Source: Vicinamibacteraceae bacterium
Lineage (GTDB): Bacteria; Acidobacteriota; Vicinamibacteria; Marinacidobacterales; Marinacidobacteraceae
Assembly: GCA_012271265.1 (NCBI GenBank)
Contig: JAAXGQ010000015.1
Coordinates: forward strand, 6,153 to 70,152
Length of the DNA stretch: 64,000 bases
Direction: 5' to 3'
A model generated the notes under the pieces. It was not told the origin of the DNA and searched no databases. It saw only the letters and a program-made list of their open reading frames with translations. Both the position numbers and the translations under genes were made by a program. This document shows, in pieces, positions 1-9,535 of this stretch (within the stretch, counting starts at the first letter, position 1; the number at the start of each line of letters is the position of its first letter).

Positions 1-325
1 CCGCGCCCGGCTCCCCGGCCACGAGCACCGCGGACCCCGGCACCACGCCGCCGCCGAGGACCCGGTCGAGTTCGGAGATGCCCGAGGGGCGGCGGGGAGC
101 GGCGGCGGTGTCCACTTCCTTCCACCGGAGCGGCGCGCTGGCGCGGGCGCCGGAGATGTCCCGGAAGCCGCGCCACGCCCCGCGGCCTCCGGGAGGGGGG
201 GCGGGAGCAGGCTTCACCTCCACCAGCGGGTCCCGGGACCGGCAGGACGGGCAATAGCCCATCCAGCGGGAAAAGTCCTGCCCGCACTCGGGGCACGCGA
301 AGCGGACGGCCCGGCGTTTCGGCAC
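1..325 (-). CDS. radA: DNA repair protein RadA/Sms, N-terminal part (gene runs off window start)
   Basis: Minus-strand translation gives VPKRRAVRFACPECGQDFSRWMGYCPSC (C4 zinc ribbon), then ...ISELDRVLGGGVVPGSAVLVAGEPGA, the RadA ATPase entry motif. Probable GTG start at 325, a few nt after the dnaB stop. A 7-G homopolymer at 195-201 made me briefly suspect a frameshift, but the frame is continuous when the run is counted correctly. Confidence 0.6.
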   Translation of the reverse strand, partial: MPKRRAVRFACPECGQDFSRWMGYCPSCRSRDPLVEVKPAPAPPPGGRGAWRGFRDISGARASAPLRWKEVDTAAAPRRPSGISELDRVLGGGVVPGSAVLVAGEPGA

Positions 326-329
326 CGGC

Positions 330-1751
330 TCAGAAACCGGGCGTCGGAGGAATGTCGGAGGCGTCGTAGCCGCCGTAGGCTTCGGTCTCCCGAACCGCGA
401 CCATCGTCTCGAACCGGGTGTAGGTGTCGAGCCACGCGAATTCGACGTGGCCGGTCGGTCCGTTCCGGTTCTTGGCCACGATCACCGTGCGGACCGGGGG
501 GCCGTCCTCTTCCGCTTCCTCGTCCCGCCGGCGACTCCTCCTCTTCATCCGCCCCCGGTGGATCAGGAGCACGATGTCGGCGTCCTGCTCGAGCGCGCCG
601 GACTCCCGGAGGTCGGCGAGCCGGGGGCGGGCGAGGTCGCGTTTCGCGGGAGACCGGTTGAGCTGGGAAAGCGCGAGCACCGGGACTTCCAGCTCCTTCG
701 CCATGAGCTTCAGCGAACGGCTGATCTCGGCGACTTCCAGGTTCCGGTTTTCGAAGCGGCGGCTGCCGGCGGAGCTGACCTGCATGAGCTGGAGGTAGTC
801 CACGACGATCAGGTCGAGGTTTTTCTCTTCGTCCCCCTCACGGCTGAGCTGCCGCGCCTTGGACCGCAGTTCGGTCGGGTTGACGTTTGAGTCGTCCACA
901 AACAGCTGCATCCCGGAGACCACCGGCAGCGCCGCGGCCAGCCGCTGCCGGTCCGCCCGGCTCAGCCTTCCCGGTCGGTCCAGTTCCTTCGAATCCACCC
1001 GCGCCTGGGAGCAGATGAGCCGGAGGGCGATCTGGCGCCTCGGCATTTCGAGGCTGAAGATCAGCACGCGCCGGCGGGCGAGCCCGGCGGCGAGGGCGAA
1101 CTGCAGCCCCAGGCTGGTCTTGCCGTCGCCGGGCCGTCCGCCGACCAGAACCAGATCGGTGTCCCGGAGGCCGCCCATGATCCGGTCGAGGTCGGGAAGG
1201 CCGGTGCTGATCCCGCGCATGGCCTTCCGCTCCCTCTGCGCCTCCTCGACGATGTGGGCGAGTTCCGTGGCCAGCGCCGCCGGTCGCGCCTCGAAGGTGT
1301 GCTCGGCGATGCTGGACAGGTTCTCGGACGCCGCAGTCAGCACCTCCCGAGGATCGTCGCGGAGCGACTCCGTCAGGAGGCGCCTCCCGACCTGGTGGAG
1401 CTGGCGGCTGATCGCGTGCCGACGCACCACCCTGGCGTAGTCGACGGCGTTCGAGGAACGGGCAACGCCGTCGAAGAGCTCGGTGACGTAGGTCAGCCCG
1501 CCCACCGAGGCGAGCTTGCCGGCCCGCCGGAGTTCGTCGCGGACGGTGAGCGGGTCGATGCGGCGCTCCCCGGTCTCGTCGTCGAGGGCGCAGAACGCCG
1601 CGAAGATCGCCTCGTGGCGGCGATCATGAAAGTCCGTGGGACCGAGGACCTCGCGGATTCCGTCCAGCTGGACCTGGTCGACCAGGACCGCGCCGAGGAC
1701 GGCGCGTTCCGCCGAGGGGTCGTGCGGCAGACGGCCCGGGTCGTCCGGCAT
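330..1751 (-). CDS. dnaB: replicative DNA helicase DnaB
   Basis: 473-aa ORF with the DnaB N-terminal domain (AERAVLGAVL..), Walker A GGRPGDGKTSLGLQFA and RecA-like C-terminal motifs (DLIVVDYLQLM, ALSQLNR). Confidence 0.92.
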   Translation of the reverse strand: MPDDPGRLPHDPSAERAVLGAVLVDQVQLDGIREVLGPTDFHDRRHEAIFAAFCALDDETGERRIDPLTVRDELRRAGKLASVGGLTYVTELFDGVARSSNAVDYARVVRRHAISRQLHQVGRRLLTESLRDDPREVLTAASENLSSIAEHTFEARPAALATELAHIVEEAQRERKAMRGISTGLPDLDRIMGGLRDTDLVLVGGRPGDGKTSLGLQFALAAGLARRRVLIFSLEMPRRQIALRLICSQARVDSKELDRPGRLSRADRQRLAAALPVVSGMQLFVDDSNVNPTELRSKARQLSREGDEEKNLDLIVVDYLQLMQVSSAGSRRFENRNLEVAEISRSLKLMAKELEVPVLALSQLNRSPAKRDLARPRLADLRESGALEQDADIVLLIHRGRMKRRSRRRDEEAEEDGPPVRTVIVAKNRNGPTGHVEFAWLDTYTRFETMVAVRETEAYGGYDASDIPPTPGF

Positions 1752-1861
1752 GAGTGCGCGCCGGGTCAGCGGGTCAGGCGCCGGAAGTCAGGCGCTCCGA
1801 AAGACACGCCAGCGCGGCCGGCCGGAGCGAGACTTCGGATCCGTGGGGGATCAGTGGGGGA

Positions 1862-2410
1862 TCAGTCGGGCGCGGGGGCGTCCGCCGCTTCGTCGGGCGG
1901 GGTGTCCGGAACCGGCTCCGGGTCCACGACCACGACTTCCGGCTCCGTGCCGAGCGAGGTGGCCACCGGATGGACGGCGACGCGCACCTGGATCTCGATT
2001 TCCGCGTGGAGCCGGATCGTGACCTCGAACTCGCCGAGGCTCTTGATCGGGGCCGGGAGGAGGATGCGGCCTCGCGGCAGCGTGAATCCCGCCGCCGCCA
2101 GTTCGCGGGCGATGTCCGTCACCGAGACCGATCCGTAGAGATCCTCGGTGCCGGTCTTGACCCGGCGATCGAAGGAGAGCTCCCAGCCGGAGAGCGTCCC
2201 GGCGAGGGCGGCGGCGGCTTCGCGCTCCTTCTGGCGGCGCACCGCCCACTCCTGCCGGGCGCTCGCCACCTCGCGGCGGTTCTCCTCGGTGACCGGGACG
2301 GCGATGCGCCGGGGCAGGAGGTAGTTCCGCGCGTATCCCGGCCGCACGTTGACTTCGTCGCCGGGTTCTCCGAGCGACCGGACCGGCTCTCGCAGCAAGA
2401 GGCGCATCAC
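1862..2410 (-). CDS. rplI: 50S ribosomal protein L9
   Basis: N-terminal GDEVNVRPGYARNYLLP motif typical of L9; sits in the conserved rpsF-rpsR-rplI operon. Confidence 0.9.
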   Translation of the reverse strand: MMRLLLREPVRSLGEPGDEVNVRPGYARNYLLPRRIAVPVTEENRREVASARQEWAVRRQKEREAAAALAGTLSGWELSFDRRVKTGTEDLYGSVSVTDIARELAAAGFTLPRGRILLPAPIKSLGEFEVTIRLHAEIEIQVRVAVHPVATSLGTEPEVVVVDPEPVPDTPPDEAADAPAPD

Positions 2411-2417
2411 GGTCCTC

Positions 2418-2657
2418 CTACCGGTAGGGAAGCAGCGCCATCTGGCGGGCGCGCTTCACCGCCCGGCGGATCTGGCGCTGGAGGCGGGCCGGGGCGCGGG
2501 AGATCCGCCGCGGGGAGATCCGGGCCCGATCCCCGATGAACTCCTTGAGGAAGTCCACGTCCTTCCAGTCGATCCGGTCAACGCCGTTGAGGTTGGGGTT
2601 CACGCGGCGGCGCCGGCGCATCCGGCGGCGCATCGGCCGCGGCCTGTCAGGTGTCAT
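2418..2657 (-). CDS. rpsR: 30S ribosomal protein S18
   Basis: IDWKDVDFLKEFIGDRARISPRRISRAPARLQRQIRRAVKRARQMALLPY matches the S18 consensus; the Arg-rich N-terminus may use an internal start. Confidence 0.85.
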   Translation of the reverse strand: MTPDRPRPMRRRMRRRRRVNPNLNGVDRIDWKDVDFLKEFIGDRARISPRRISRAPARLQRQIRRAVKRARQMALLPYR

Positions 2658-2675
2658 GCGTCTTTCCTCCCGTCC

Positions 2676-3113
2676 CTACCGGCGCGCGGGCTTCGCCGGT
2701 TTCGCGGACTTTCCGCCACCGTCGGCCGCTTCGGCCTGGCTGGCGGCCGCGGCAGCCGCAGCAGCAGCCTTCGCGGCGCGTTCCTCCCGCCGGCGGTTGT
2801 CCGCCGCCTGGTCCCGCTTCCGGGTCTCCTTGTCGGTCACCAGGATCATGAAGCGGAGCACGCCCTCCGCCAGGCGGACCCGGCTCTCGATGGCCCGGAT
2901 CGCCGACGGCGGCGCGTCGAAGTAGCACAGCATGTAGAGGCCTTCGGTGCGTCCGTTGATCGGATAGGCCAGCCGCCGCCGTTCCCACGGCTTCAGGCTG
3001 ACGATGCTTCCGCCCTGGGCCTTGACGATCGCCTCGACGCGCTCGACCACCGCCAGCGAGGCGTCGTCGTCGAGCGTGGGGTCGAGGATGAACATGAACT
3101 CGTAGACGTTCAT
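2676..3113 (-). CDS. rpsF: 30S ribosomal protein S6
   Basis: MNVYEFMFILDP...EGLYMLCYFDAPPSAIRAIE matches S6, with an Ala/Lys-rich C-terminal tail. Confidence 0.9.
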   Translation of the reverse strand: MNVYEFMFILDPTLDDDASLAVVERVEAIVKAQGGSIVSLKPWERRRLAYPINGRTEGLYMLCYFDAPPSAIRAIESRVRLAEGVLRFMILVTDKETRKRDQAADNRRREERAAKAAAAAAAAASQAEAADGGGKSAKPAKPARR

Positions 3114-3159
3114 GCGATGGTGACTCCTCTGTCGCCGCGAATCGCGGGCATCCGGCGCA

Positions 3160-3798
3160 TCAGGCCGGGGTCCGGTTGTACCGGTTCATGGCGGCGTCGA
3201 GTCCGTTCCCGATCGCCGCCTCGATGGCCAGGGCGGCGCGCTCCAGCAGGTCCGCGACATCGTCGGTTTCGCGCTTCCCGAAGGGCGCGAGAACGTAGTC
3301 GGCCGGGTCCTCCCCCGCCGGCGGGGCGCCGATCCCCAGCCGCATCCGGGGCACGTCGGTGGTTCCCAGCGCTCCGAACACCGAGGCGAGGCCGTTGTGG
3401 CCGCCGTCGCTGCCCCGGCGCCGGGTCCGGATCGCACCGAGCGGAAGGGCGTAGTCGTCGCACACCACGAGGGTGTCGGCGGGGCGCAGGCGGCCACCGG
3501 CCAGGAAGCGCCGGACGGCGTCGCCGCTCCGGTTCATGTACCCGGTGGGACGCAGCAGCGAGACCCGCCGGCCGGAGAACTCGGCGTCCACCAGGATGCC
3601 CCCGTCGAAGTGCCGCGGCGCGAACGGCCGTTCGGCGAGTACCGCGGTCACCGCCTCGTAACCGATGTTGTGACGGGTCCCGTCGTAGCGGGCCCCCGGG
3701 TTGCCCAGCCCGACGACGAGCCCGATGCCGCGTTCCGTCGGCGTCCGCCAGGGGAGGATGGACGGCAGCCGCCGCGAGGCTTTCCGCAACAAGGCCAC
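3160..3798 (-). CDS. pth: peptidyl-tRNA hydrolase
   Basis: GLVVGLGNPGARYDGTRHNIGYEAV and GGHNGLASV motifs. The listed ORF start (3903) overlaps rplY; an in-frame GTG at 3798 just downstream of the rplY stop (3812-3814) is more plausible, but the start is uncertain. Confidence 0.75.
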   Translation of the reverse strand: MALLRKASRRLPSILPWRTPTERGIGLVVGLGNPGARYDGTRHNIGYEAVTAVLAERPFAPRHFDGGILVDAEFSGRRVSLLRPTGYMNRSGDAVRRFLAGGRLRPADTLVVCDDYALPLGAIRTRRRGSDGGHNGLASVFGALGTTDVPRMRLGIGAPPAGEDPADYVLAPFGKRETDDVADLLERAALAIEAAIGNGLDAAMNRYNRTPA

Positions 3799-3811
3799 AT
3801 CCGCCGGAGGA

Positions 3812-4426
3812 TCAGTCGATGACGTCCTCTTCGAGCTCTTCCGCCCCTTCCTCCTCTTCATCGGCCTTGACCTTGGGGGCCGCAACGTGGGCCACCACGA
3901 CATCGGGATCGGAAGCCAGGGTCAGCCTCGGGGGGAGCTCCACCGCGGAGGCACGGACGGTGTCCCCGTAATCCAGAGCGCTGATCTCGATGGGGAGGTT
4001 CTCGGGGATGTCGTGGGGACGGCAGATCACCGCAAGGCTCCGGGTGATGAAGTCGAGGTGCCCGCCGCGACGGACGCCCCGGGCGCTGCCCACGAGCCTG
4101 ACCGGCACGCGCCATTCCGCTTCCCGCTCGGGGTCCACCCGCATCAGGTCGGCATGGAGAACCGCGTGATCCAGCGGATGCAGCTGGTAGTCGTGGATCA
4201 TCACCTGCTCGGAGGCCTCGCCGGCCACGTCCAGCGCGAAGATGGTGTTCACGCCCCGCGCCGAACGGACGATCTCGACGATGTGGCCCGGGGCGAGAGA
4301 AAGAGCCACGGGGCCCTTGCTGCCTCCATAGACGACCGCCGGGATTTTCCCGCTGGCGCGGAGACGGCGGTTCGGACCCTTTCCGAAGGCCGTGCGCGGG
4401 GTCGCAGGAACGCTTGGCTGAGTCAT
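3812..4426 (-). CDS. rplY: 50S ribosomal protein L25/general stress protein Ctc
   Basis: KIPAVVYGG...HIVEIVRSARGVNTIFALDVAGE...DFITRSLAVICRPHDIPE is the L25/Ctc fold, with an acidic C-terminal tail. Confidence 0.85.
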   Translation of the reverse strand: MTQPSVPATPRTAFGKGPNRRLRASGKIPAVVYGGSKGPVALSLAPGHIVEIVRSARGVNTIFALDVAGEASEQVMIHDYQLHPLDHAVLHADLMRVDPEREAEWRVPVRLVGSARGVRRGGHLDFITRSLAVICRPHDIPENLPIEISALDYGDTVRASAVELPPRLTLASDPDVVVAHVAAPKVKADEEEEGAEELEEDVID

Positions 4427-4572
4427 GACGGAATAGGCAGCGCGAACGCAGGCGAGGCGAGCTGGCGAGCAGCGATGGGAAGAAACGACGGACCGGAACC
4501 GGGGCGCCTCGGAACAGGGCGCGGCAGTCTAGCAGCAGACACGGGCCGGAACCGGGCTGGCGGCGCCGGGAC

Positions 4573-5529
4573 TCAGGCGAACAGCCGGCTCACCGACGTT
4601 TCGCCGTGCACGCTCTCGATCGCCGTCGCGAGCAGCTGCGCGAGGGACACCACGTGGATCTTGCCGGTGCGGAGGCCCTCGTCCCGAACCGGGATCGTGT
4701 CGCCCACGATGACCATCTCGATCGGCCCGCCGGCGATCCGCTCGGGCGCCGGCGGGGAGAGGACGGCGTGGGTGCAGACCGCGAGGACCCGGGTCGCCCC
4801 CGCGCTGCGGAGGGCTCCGGCAGCCCGCACCAGGGTTCCCGCCGAATCCACCATGTCGTCCACGAGGACCGCCGCCCGGTCCCGGACCTCGCCGACCACG
4901 TGGATGGTCTCGACCTCGCCGTCGATCCCGCGCCGCTTGTCCATCACCGCGATGCCGACTCCGAGCTTCTTCCCGTAGACCCGCGCCCGCTCCACGCCGC
5001 CGGCGTCGGGGGACACGATGATCGGGCGCTCGAGGCCGAGGCTGCGGATGCAGTCCAGCATCACCGGAGTGGCGTAGAGGTGGTCCACCGGGATGTTGAA
5101 GTACCCCTGAATCTGCCCGGCGTGGAGGTCCATGGAGATGACCCGGTCCACCCCGGCGACCGTGAGCAGATCCGCCACCAGCTTCGCCGAGATCGGGACC
5201 CGGGAGCGATCCTTGCGGTCCTGGCGCCCGTAGCCGTAGTACGGGATCACCGCGTTGATCCGCGCCGCCGAGGCCCGCTTCAGGGCGTCCACCAGCAGCA
5301 GGAGCTCCATCAGGTGCTCGTTGACCGGCGGGCAGGTGGACTGGACGACGAACACGTCGGCGCCGCGCACGTTGTCCAGAACCTGCACCCGGATTTCGCC
5401 GTCGCGGAAGCGGTCGAGGGTCACCGAACCCAGACCGACGCCGAGATGACGGGCGATTTCCAGCCCCAGGCTCGGGTTGGAGTTCCCCGCAAACACCTTG
5501 AGCTGGCCGGAGAATCCGGAGGCGGTCAT
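4573..5529 (-). CDS. prs: ribose-phosphate pyrophosphokinase
   Basis: LKVFAGNSNPSLGLEIARHLG, DRVISMDLHAGQIQGYF, VLVDDMVDSAGTL (PRPP-binding loop). The internal Met at 5529 fits the canonical N-terminus better than the ORF-track start at 5583. Confidence 0.9.
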   Translation of the reverse strand: MTASGFSGQLKVFAGNSNPSLGLEIARHLGVGLGSVTLDRFRDGEIRVQVLDNVRGADVFVVQSTCPPVNEHLMELLLLVDALKRASAARINAVIPYYGYGRQDRKDRSRVPISAKLVADLLTVAGVDRVISMDLHAGQIQGYFNIPVDHLYATPVMLDCIRSLGLERPIIVSPDAGGVERARVYGKKLGVGIAVMDKRRGIDGEVETIHVVGEVRDRAAVLVDDMVDSAGTLVRAAGALRSAGATRVLAVCTHAVLSPPAPERIAGGPIEMVIVGDTIPVRDEGLRTGKIHVVSLAQLLATAIESVHGETSVSRLFA

Positions 5530-5632
5530 GTGATCGCGGGAGGCGGACTTCCCCCGGGGGCGCAGGGGCGCGGCGTCCGTCATGCGGCCCTTCCGGGGGC
5601 GGGGCTGCGGAGGCGGCGGGACCTCCCCGGCG

Positions 5633-5704
5633 CTGGGGCGGAAGGATTCGAACCCTCGTAGACCGGAACCAAAACCCGGCGCCTAGCCACTCGGCCACGC
5701 CCCA
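5633..5704 (-). tRNA. tRNA-Gln (anticodon UUG)
   Basis: Reverse complement reads TGGGGCGTGGCCGAGTGGCTAGGCGCCGGGTTTTGGTTCCGGTCTACGAGGGTTCGAATCCTTCCGCCCCAG. It folds as a cloverleaf: 7-bp acceptor stem, anticodon stem CCGGG/TCCGG, loop TTTTGGT (anticodon TTG), T-loop TTCGAAT. Architecture is very close to E. coli tRNA-Gln. Confidence 0.8.
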
Positions 5705-5719
5705 TCGGCCTGGAGGAGA

Positions 5720-6679
5720 TCACCATGCGGCGGCCTCCAACCGGCGCCCCCGGACCACGGTCTGGTGTTCGGCGCGGGAAAGGAGCCGCGTGGGGTGCGC
5801 CGTCCACTCCGGGCCGGCGAGAGCCCGGGCGGCCCGTGCCGCGGCGGTCTCGTCGGGGAAGATCCCGTACGTCGCCGATCCGCTTCCCGACATGGCCGCT
5901 CCCAGAGCGCCGGCAGTCGAGAGGGCGCGGCGCATTCTCGCGATCGAGTCTCCCGGTCGGGCGTCCCCGGTCCGGCTTGCCTGGAACACCCCGGAACGCT
6001 CCAGGTCGTTGTCGAGCATCCCTTCCACCGGCGCCCCCGGCGAGCGGCGCATTGTACCGGGGGGAACGCTTCTCGCGGAGCGGCGGCGGAGCGACCGGGG
6101 GAGCTTCCGGTAGGCGTCCGCGGTCGGCACGGAGAAGGTCGGAAGGAGGAGGACCACCGCGAGGGGCGGCCCGTCCGGGAAGGGGAACAGCCGGTCGCCG
6201 CGTCCCGTGGCGAGGGCCTCTCCCCCGTAGAGGAAGAAGGGGATGTCCATGCCGATCCGCGCCGCCGCCCGATGGAGCGCCGGGCGCGGCTGGCCGCAGC
6301 CGAAGAGGCGGTTCAGCGCGAGGAGCGTCACCGCGGCGTCGGAACTTCCGCCCCCGAGCCCGCGGCCCGGCGGGATGCGCTTGGTGAGCCGGACGCGGAC
6401 CGCGGGCAGACGCGCGCCCGCCAGGTCCTCGAACGCGGCGACGGCCCGCAACACCAGGTTCGTCCCGTCGGCGGGGACGTCGCGCGCGGCGCACTCGACT
6501 TCGTGCTCCCGGTCCCCGGGTTCGAAGCGCAGGGTGTCGTAGAGCGCGACCGAGGCCAGCACCGTCCGGATCTGGTGGTAGCCGTCCGGGCGTCGGCCAA
6601 GGACCCGGAGGCCCAGGTTCACCTTGGCCGGGGCGCGCGCGACGAGCGGCCGTGAGAAGGGGCGAAGGCGGGGGGTCAA
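5720..6679 (-). CDS. ispE: 4-diphosphocytidyl-2-C-methyl-D-erythritol kinase
   Basis: APAKVNLGLRVLGRRPDGYH, PPGRGLGGGSSDAAVTL (GHMP kinase ATP loop). The prs/pth/ispE neighbourhood is a conserved one. Confidence 0.85.
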   Translation of the reverse strand: MTPRLRPFSRPLVARAPAKVNLGLRVLGRRPDGYHQIRTVLASVALYDTLRFEPGDREHEVECAARDVPADGTNLVLRAVAAFEDLAGARLPAVRVRLTKRIPPGRGLGGGSSDAAVTLLALNRLFGCGQPRPALHRAAARIGMDIPFFLYGGEALATGRGDRLFPFPDGPPLAVVLLLPTFSVPTADAYRKLPRSLRRRSARSVPPGTMRRSPGAPVEGMLDNDLERSGVFQASRTGDARPGDSIARMRRALSTAGALGAAMSGSGSATYGIFPDETAAARAARALAGPEWTAHPTRLLSRAEHQTVVRGRRLEAAAW

Positions 6680-7557
6680 CGGCGGAAGGTGAGGACGCTC
6701 GCCCCGAATTCGGCGGCAGTGAGCCGGCGGTAGCCGGAGGAGATCCGCACCGCAAAGGAGTCCGGGTGGAGGGCGGCGTTCACCTGGAGCTCCTCGACGG
6801 CGAGGCGCGCCTCGATCGTCTCGGCCGTGACCTCGACCAGCCTGGGAACCGTGCCGGCGCCGGACCGGGCCGGATTCGGGTAGCGGACCTCGTACTCTCC
6901 CTTCCTGGCGCGCGCGACCCCGGGCCGCCCGCCGTCATCGAGCCCCCACCAGATTCGCGCCCCTCCGGGGAGGACCATCGCCATCCCGTTCGGATCGGGG
7001 CGCACCGGGCCCTCGGGAATGGGGACGCCCGTTCCCACGACCACAGCGGCGATGTCGTCCATCGCCAGGGGGATCCCGAGCAGCTCTTCGGTGAAACGGG
7101 CGAGCGTCGTTCCTTCGGCGTAGACCCGGTTCGCCGCGCTGACCACCCGCACGGCTTCGCCGGAGCCGGATCCGGGATCTTCCGAAGGAGAGCGTCGGGC
7201 CACGAGGATCCATCGGGCCCCCCCGACCGGTCCATAGGCCTCGAGGCGCAGCCGCGCCGGGGATCTCCGCGAAATCGTCTGGTCTCCCTGATCGAAGACG
7301 ACCACGAGGCGGCCGGAGAAGCGGCCCCGACGCCCCTCGCCCCGGACGCCGAGGACGCCCTGGTAGCGCTGCACCCCGGCCGCGGCCGAGGCGAGCTCCG
7401 CCACCGCGCGAGTGGCGTCGGCCGGCGAGAGCGGGAAGAACGGGGGCGGAAGCGGAGACCTTGAGGCGCAGCCGACGAGGAGCGCGGCCAGCGCGGGCAG
7501 AAGGGCCCTACTCGCGCCCGTCCCCCGCTTCCTCGATCTTGCGGACGACCTCGTCAC
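6676..7557 (-). CDS. outer-membrane lipoprotein, LolB-like/DUF4292 family
   Basis: Signal peptide with lipobox LLVGC; its position next to ispE matches the common lolB-ispE synteny. No strong motifs otherwise. Confidence 0.55.
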   Translation of the reverse strand: MTRSSARSRKRGTGASRALLPALAALLVGCASRSPLPPPFFPLSPADATRAVAELASAAAGVQRYQGVLGVRGEGRRGRFSGRLVVVFDQGDQTISRRSPARLRLEAYGPVGGARWILVARRSPSEDPGSGSGEAVRVVSAANRVYAEGTTLARFTEELLGIPLAMDDIAAVVVGTGVPIPEGPVRPDPNGMAMVLPGGARIWWGLDDGGRPGVARARKGEYEVRYPNPARSGAGTVPRLVEVTAETIEARLAVEELQVNAALHPDSFAVRISSGYRRLTAAEFGASVLTFRR

Positions 7558-9535
7558 GGCTCAGCTCTCCGCCGTCGTCGTGCCGGAGGGCCAGCCTCCA
7601 GAAACGCAGGGCCTGCTCCAGCTCCGCCTGGGCCCGGTAGAGATCCCCGAGATGGTCCAGGACGACCGCGTTCTCCGGCATGCACCGGTAGGCGTGGAGC
7701 AGGTTCGGTTCCGCCTCCTCGACCTGGCCCCGGCGGAACTGCACCCACCCGAGGCTGTCGCGGTAGGAGCCGCTCCAGGGGTCCTCGTCGAGCGCCCGGC
7801 GGATCAGGCCTTCGGCCTCGGCGAGCCGATCGGTCCGCTCGGCGAGCATGTAGCCCAGATAGTTCAGGGCCAGGTGGTGGTTCGGATCGGCGTCAATCAC
7901 CTGCCGGAACGCCGCCTCGGCGTCCTCGAACCGGTCCTGCTGTTCCAGCACCGCTCCCAGCTGGAAGCGGAAGAGCAGGTCATCCGGGCGGGCCTCCAGC
8001 CACTCCCGGACGCTCTGCTCCGCGAGCGTGAAGTCGCCGGTCTCGATGTGGTGGCGGACGACGGCGTGGGCGACCCCCGGTTCCTCGGGGTGCTTCTCCT
8101 GGAGGCCGCGCAGAATCGCGAGCGCTTCCTCGGCCCGGTCGGCTGCCCGGAGAGCGGAAGCCCGGAGCGAAAGGAGGCCGGGGTCCCCCGGGCGCTCCCC
8201 GAGCAGCCCCTCGACCATGCGCAGCGCCTCGTCCGGCTCGCCGGCGGTGAGGCGGTTGCGGATCAGCGCCGCCCGGAAACGGGTCTCGTCGCCGGTTCCT
8301 TCCGCGAGGCGGGCGGCCTGTTCGAGGGCCTCCCGGGCGGCCGCGCCTTCGCCGAGGCTTTCCCGCGCCTCCGAGAGCCGGACGAGGGCTTCCCGGCGGC
8401 GGGCGGGTCCGTACGCGTCCCGGGGCATTCTCACCAGTTCCTCGAACGTGCGCGCCGCGCGGTCGAATTCGCAGCGGGTGCTGAACACCTGGCCCAGCAT
8501 GAGGCGCGCGGGCACGCCCCTCGGGTTGATCGCGACGAGGCGCTCGAGCAGGGGCTCGGCCTCATCCAGCTGCAGCTGCTGGGCCCGGATCAGCGCGAGG
8601 CCGAGAAGCGCGTCCTCATGGTCGGGGTCCGAAGCGAGGAGGCGCTCGAAGGCGGCGACGGCCTCGGGGAGCCGCCTGAGCCGCGCCAGCGCGTCCGCAA
8701 GCGAGAGCCGAAGCTCGAGATCCTCCGGATGGCTCTCCGCCGCCGCTTCGTAGAGCTCGGCCACCGTCTCGAGCGCTTCCTGGCGGGACACGCCGGGAAT
8801 CTCGCGGGCGAGCAACTGGTCGAGCCGCTGGCGGACCTCGATCTGGCGCGGCTCGATACGGAGCGACTGCACCAGGTACTGGAATGCCTGCTCCGTGTCG
8901 CCGGCCGCGAGGCGCAGGCGCGCCAGCGTCGCGAGGGCGTCGTAAGCGTCCGGCGAACGCCGGACCAGCTCGCGCAGGTGGTCCGCCGCTTCTTCTTCGC
9001 GGCGGGCGGCGATCAGGAGCCGGGCGAGCGCGTCGCGGCTGGCGACGTCGTCGGGATCGAGCCGGACCGTCTCCCCGAAGGCGTGGATCGCTCCCTCGGC
9101 GAGGGCCTCTTCGCCCTCGGACCGGGAGTACCGGAACGCAAGCACCTGCCCCAGCATCCGATGGGCGGGCGCATAACCCGGATCCCGGGCGACCGCTTCC
9201 CGAGCCCAGCGCTCGGCGCCCTCCGCGTTGCGCGAGGAGGCGTCGAGCCCGGCGAGCGCGACGAGCGGCGCCGCGGAGGCGGGATCGAGCTCGGCGGCGC
9301 GGCGGTAGGCGGCGCGGGCCGCGTCGAAATCGCGGTCGCGCGCGGCGCGGAGGCCGTCGGAGAACAGGAGGTAGGCCTCGGCGACCGCGTCGTGGGGGGC
9401 GGGGGTCGCCGCAGCGGCCCCGGCCGGGTCCTGGCCGGCGGCGGCGCCATGCACGGTCGGCGAAAGGGCCGCTGCGGCGAGCAGAAGCCCCCCGAGCCGG
9501 CGACGGGCGGCGAGAGCCGGGAAGCGGAGCGGCAT
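7508..9535 (-). CDS. TPR-repeat protein, secreted
   Basis: Signal peptide MPLRFPALAARRRLGGLLLAAAAL, then many Ala/Leu/Arg-rich 34-residue TPR-like repeats (AxxYxxAlxxdP patterns). Start set at the Met at 9535, directly adjacent to the purH stop. Confidence 0.7.
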   Translation of the reverse strand: MPLRFPALAARRRLGGLLLAAAALSPTVHGAAAGQDPAGAAAATPAPHDAVAEAYLLFSDGLRAARDRDFDAARAAYRRAAELDPASAAPLVALAGLDASSRNAEGAERWAREAVARDPGYAPAHRMLGQVLAFRYSRSEGEEALAEGAIHAFGETVRLDPDDVASRDALARLLIAARREEEAADHLRELVRRSPDAYDALATLARLRLAAGDTEQAFQYLVQSLRIEPRQIEVRQRLDQLLAREIPGVSRQEALETVAELYEAAAESHPEDLELRLSLADALARLRRLPEAVAAFERLLASDPDHEDALLGLALIRAQQLQLDEAEPLLERLVAINPRGVPARLMLGQVFSTRCEFDRAARTFEELVRMPRDAYGPARRREALVRLSEARESLGEGAAAREALEQAARLAEGTGDETRFRAALIRNRLTAGEPDEALRMVEGLLGERPGDPGLLSLRASALRAADRAEEALAILRGLQEKHPEEPGVAHAVVRHHIETGDFTLAEQSVREWLEARPDDLLFRFQLGAVLEQQDRFEDAEAAFRQVIDADPNHHLALNYLGYMLAERTDRLAEAEGLIRRALDEDPWSGSYRDSLGWVQFRRGQVEEAEPNLLHAYRCMPENAVVLDHLGDLYRAQAELEQALRFWRLALRHDDGGELSRDEVVRKIEEAGDGRE

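Noticed and set aside
150-260. Apparent frameshift inside radA at a G7 homopolymer
   Set aside because: Re-counting the homopolymer (7 G at 195-201) puts the zinc-ribbon and ATPase-entry motifs in one continuous frame; there is no frameshift.
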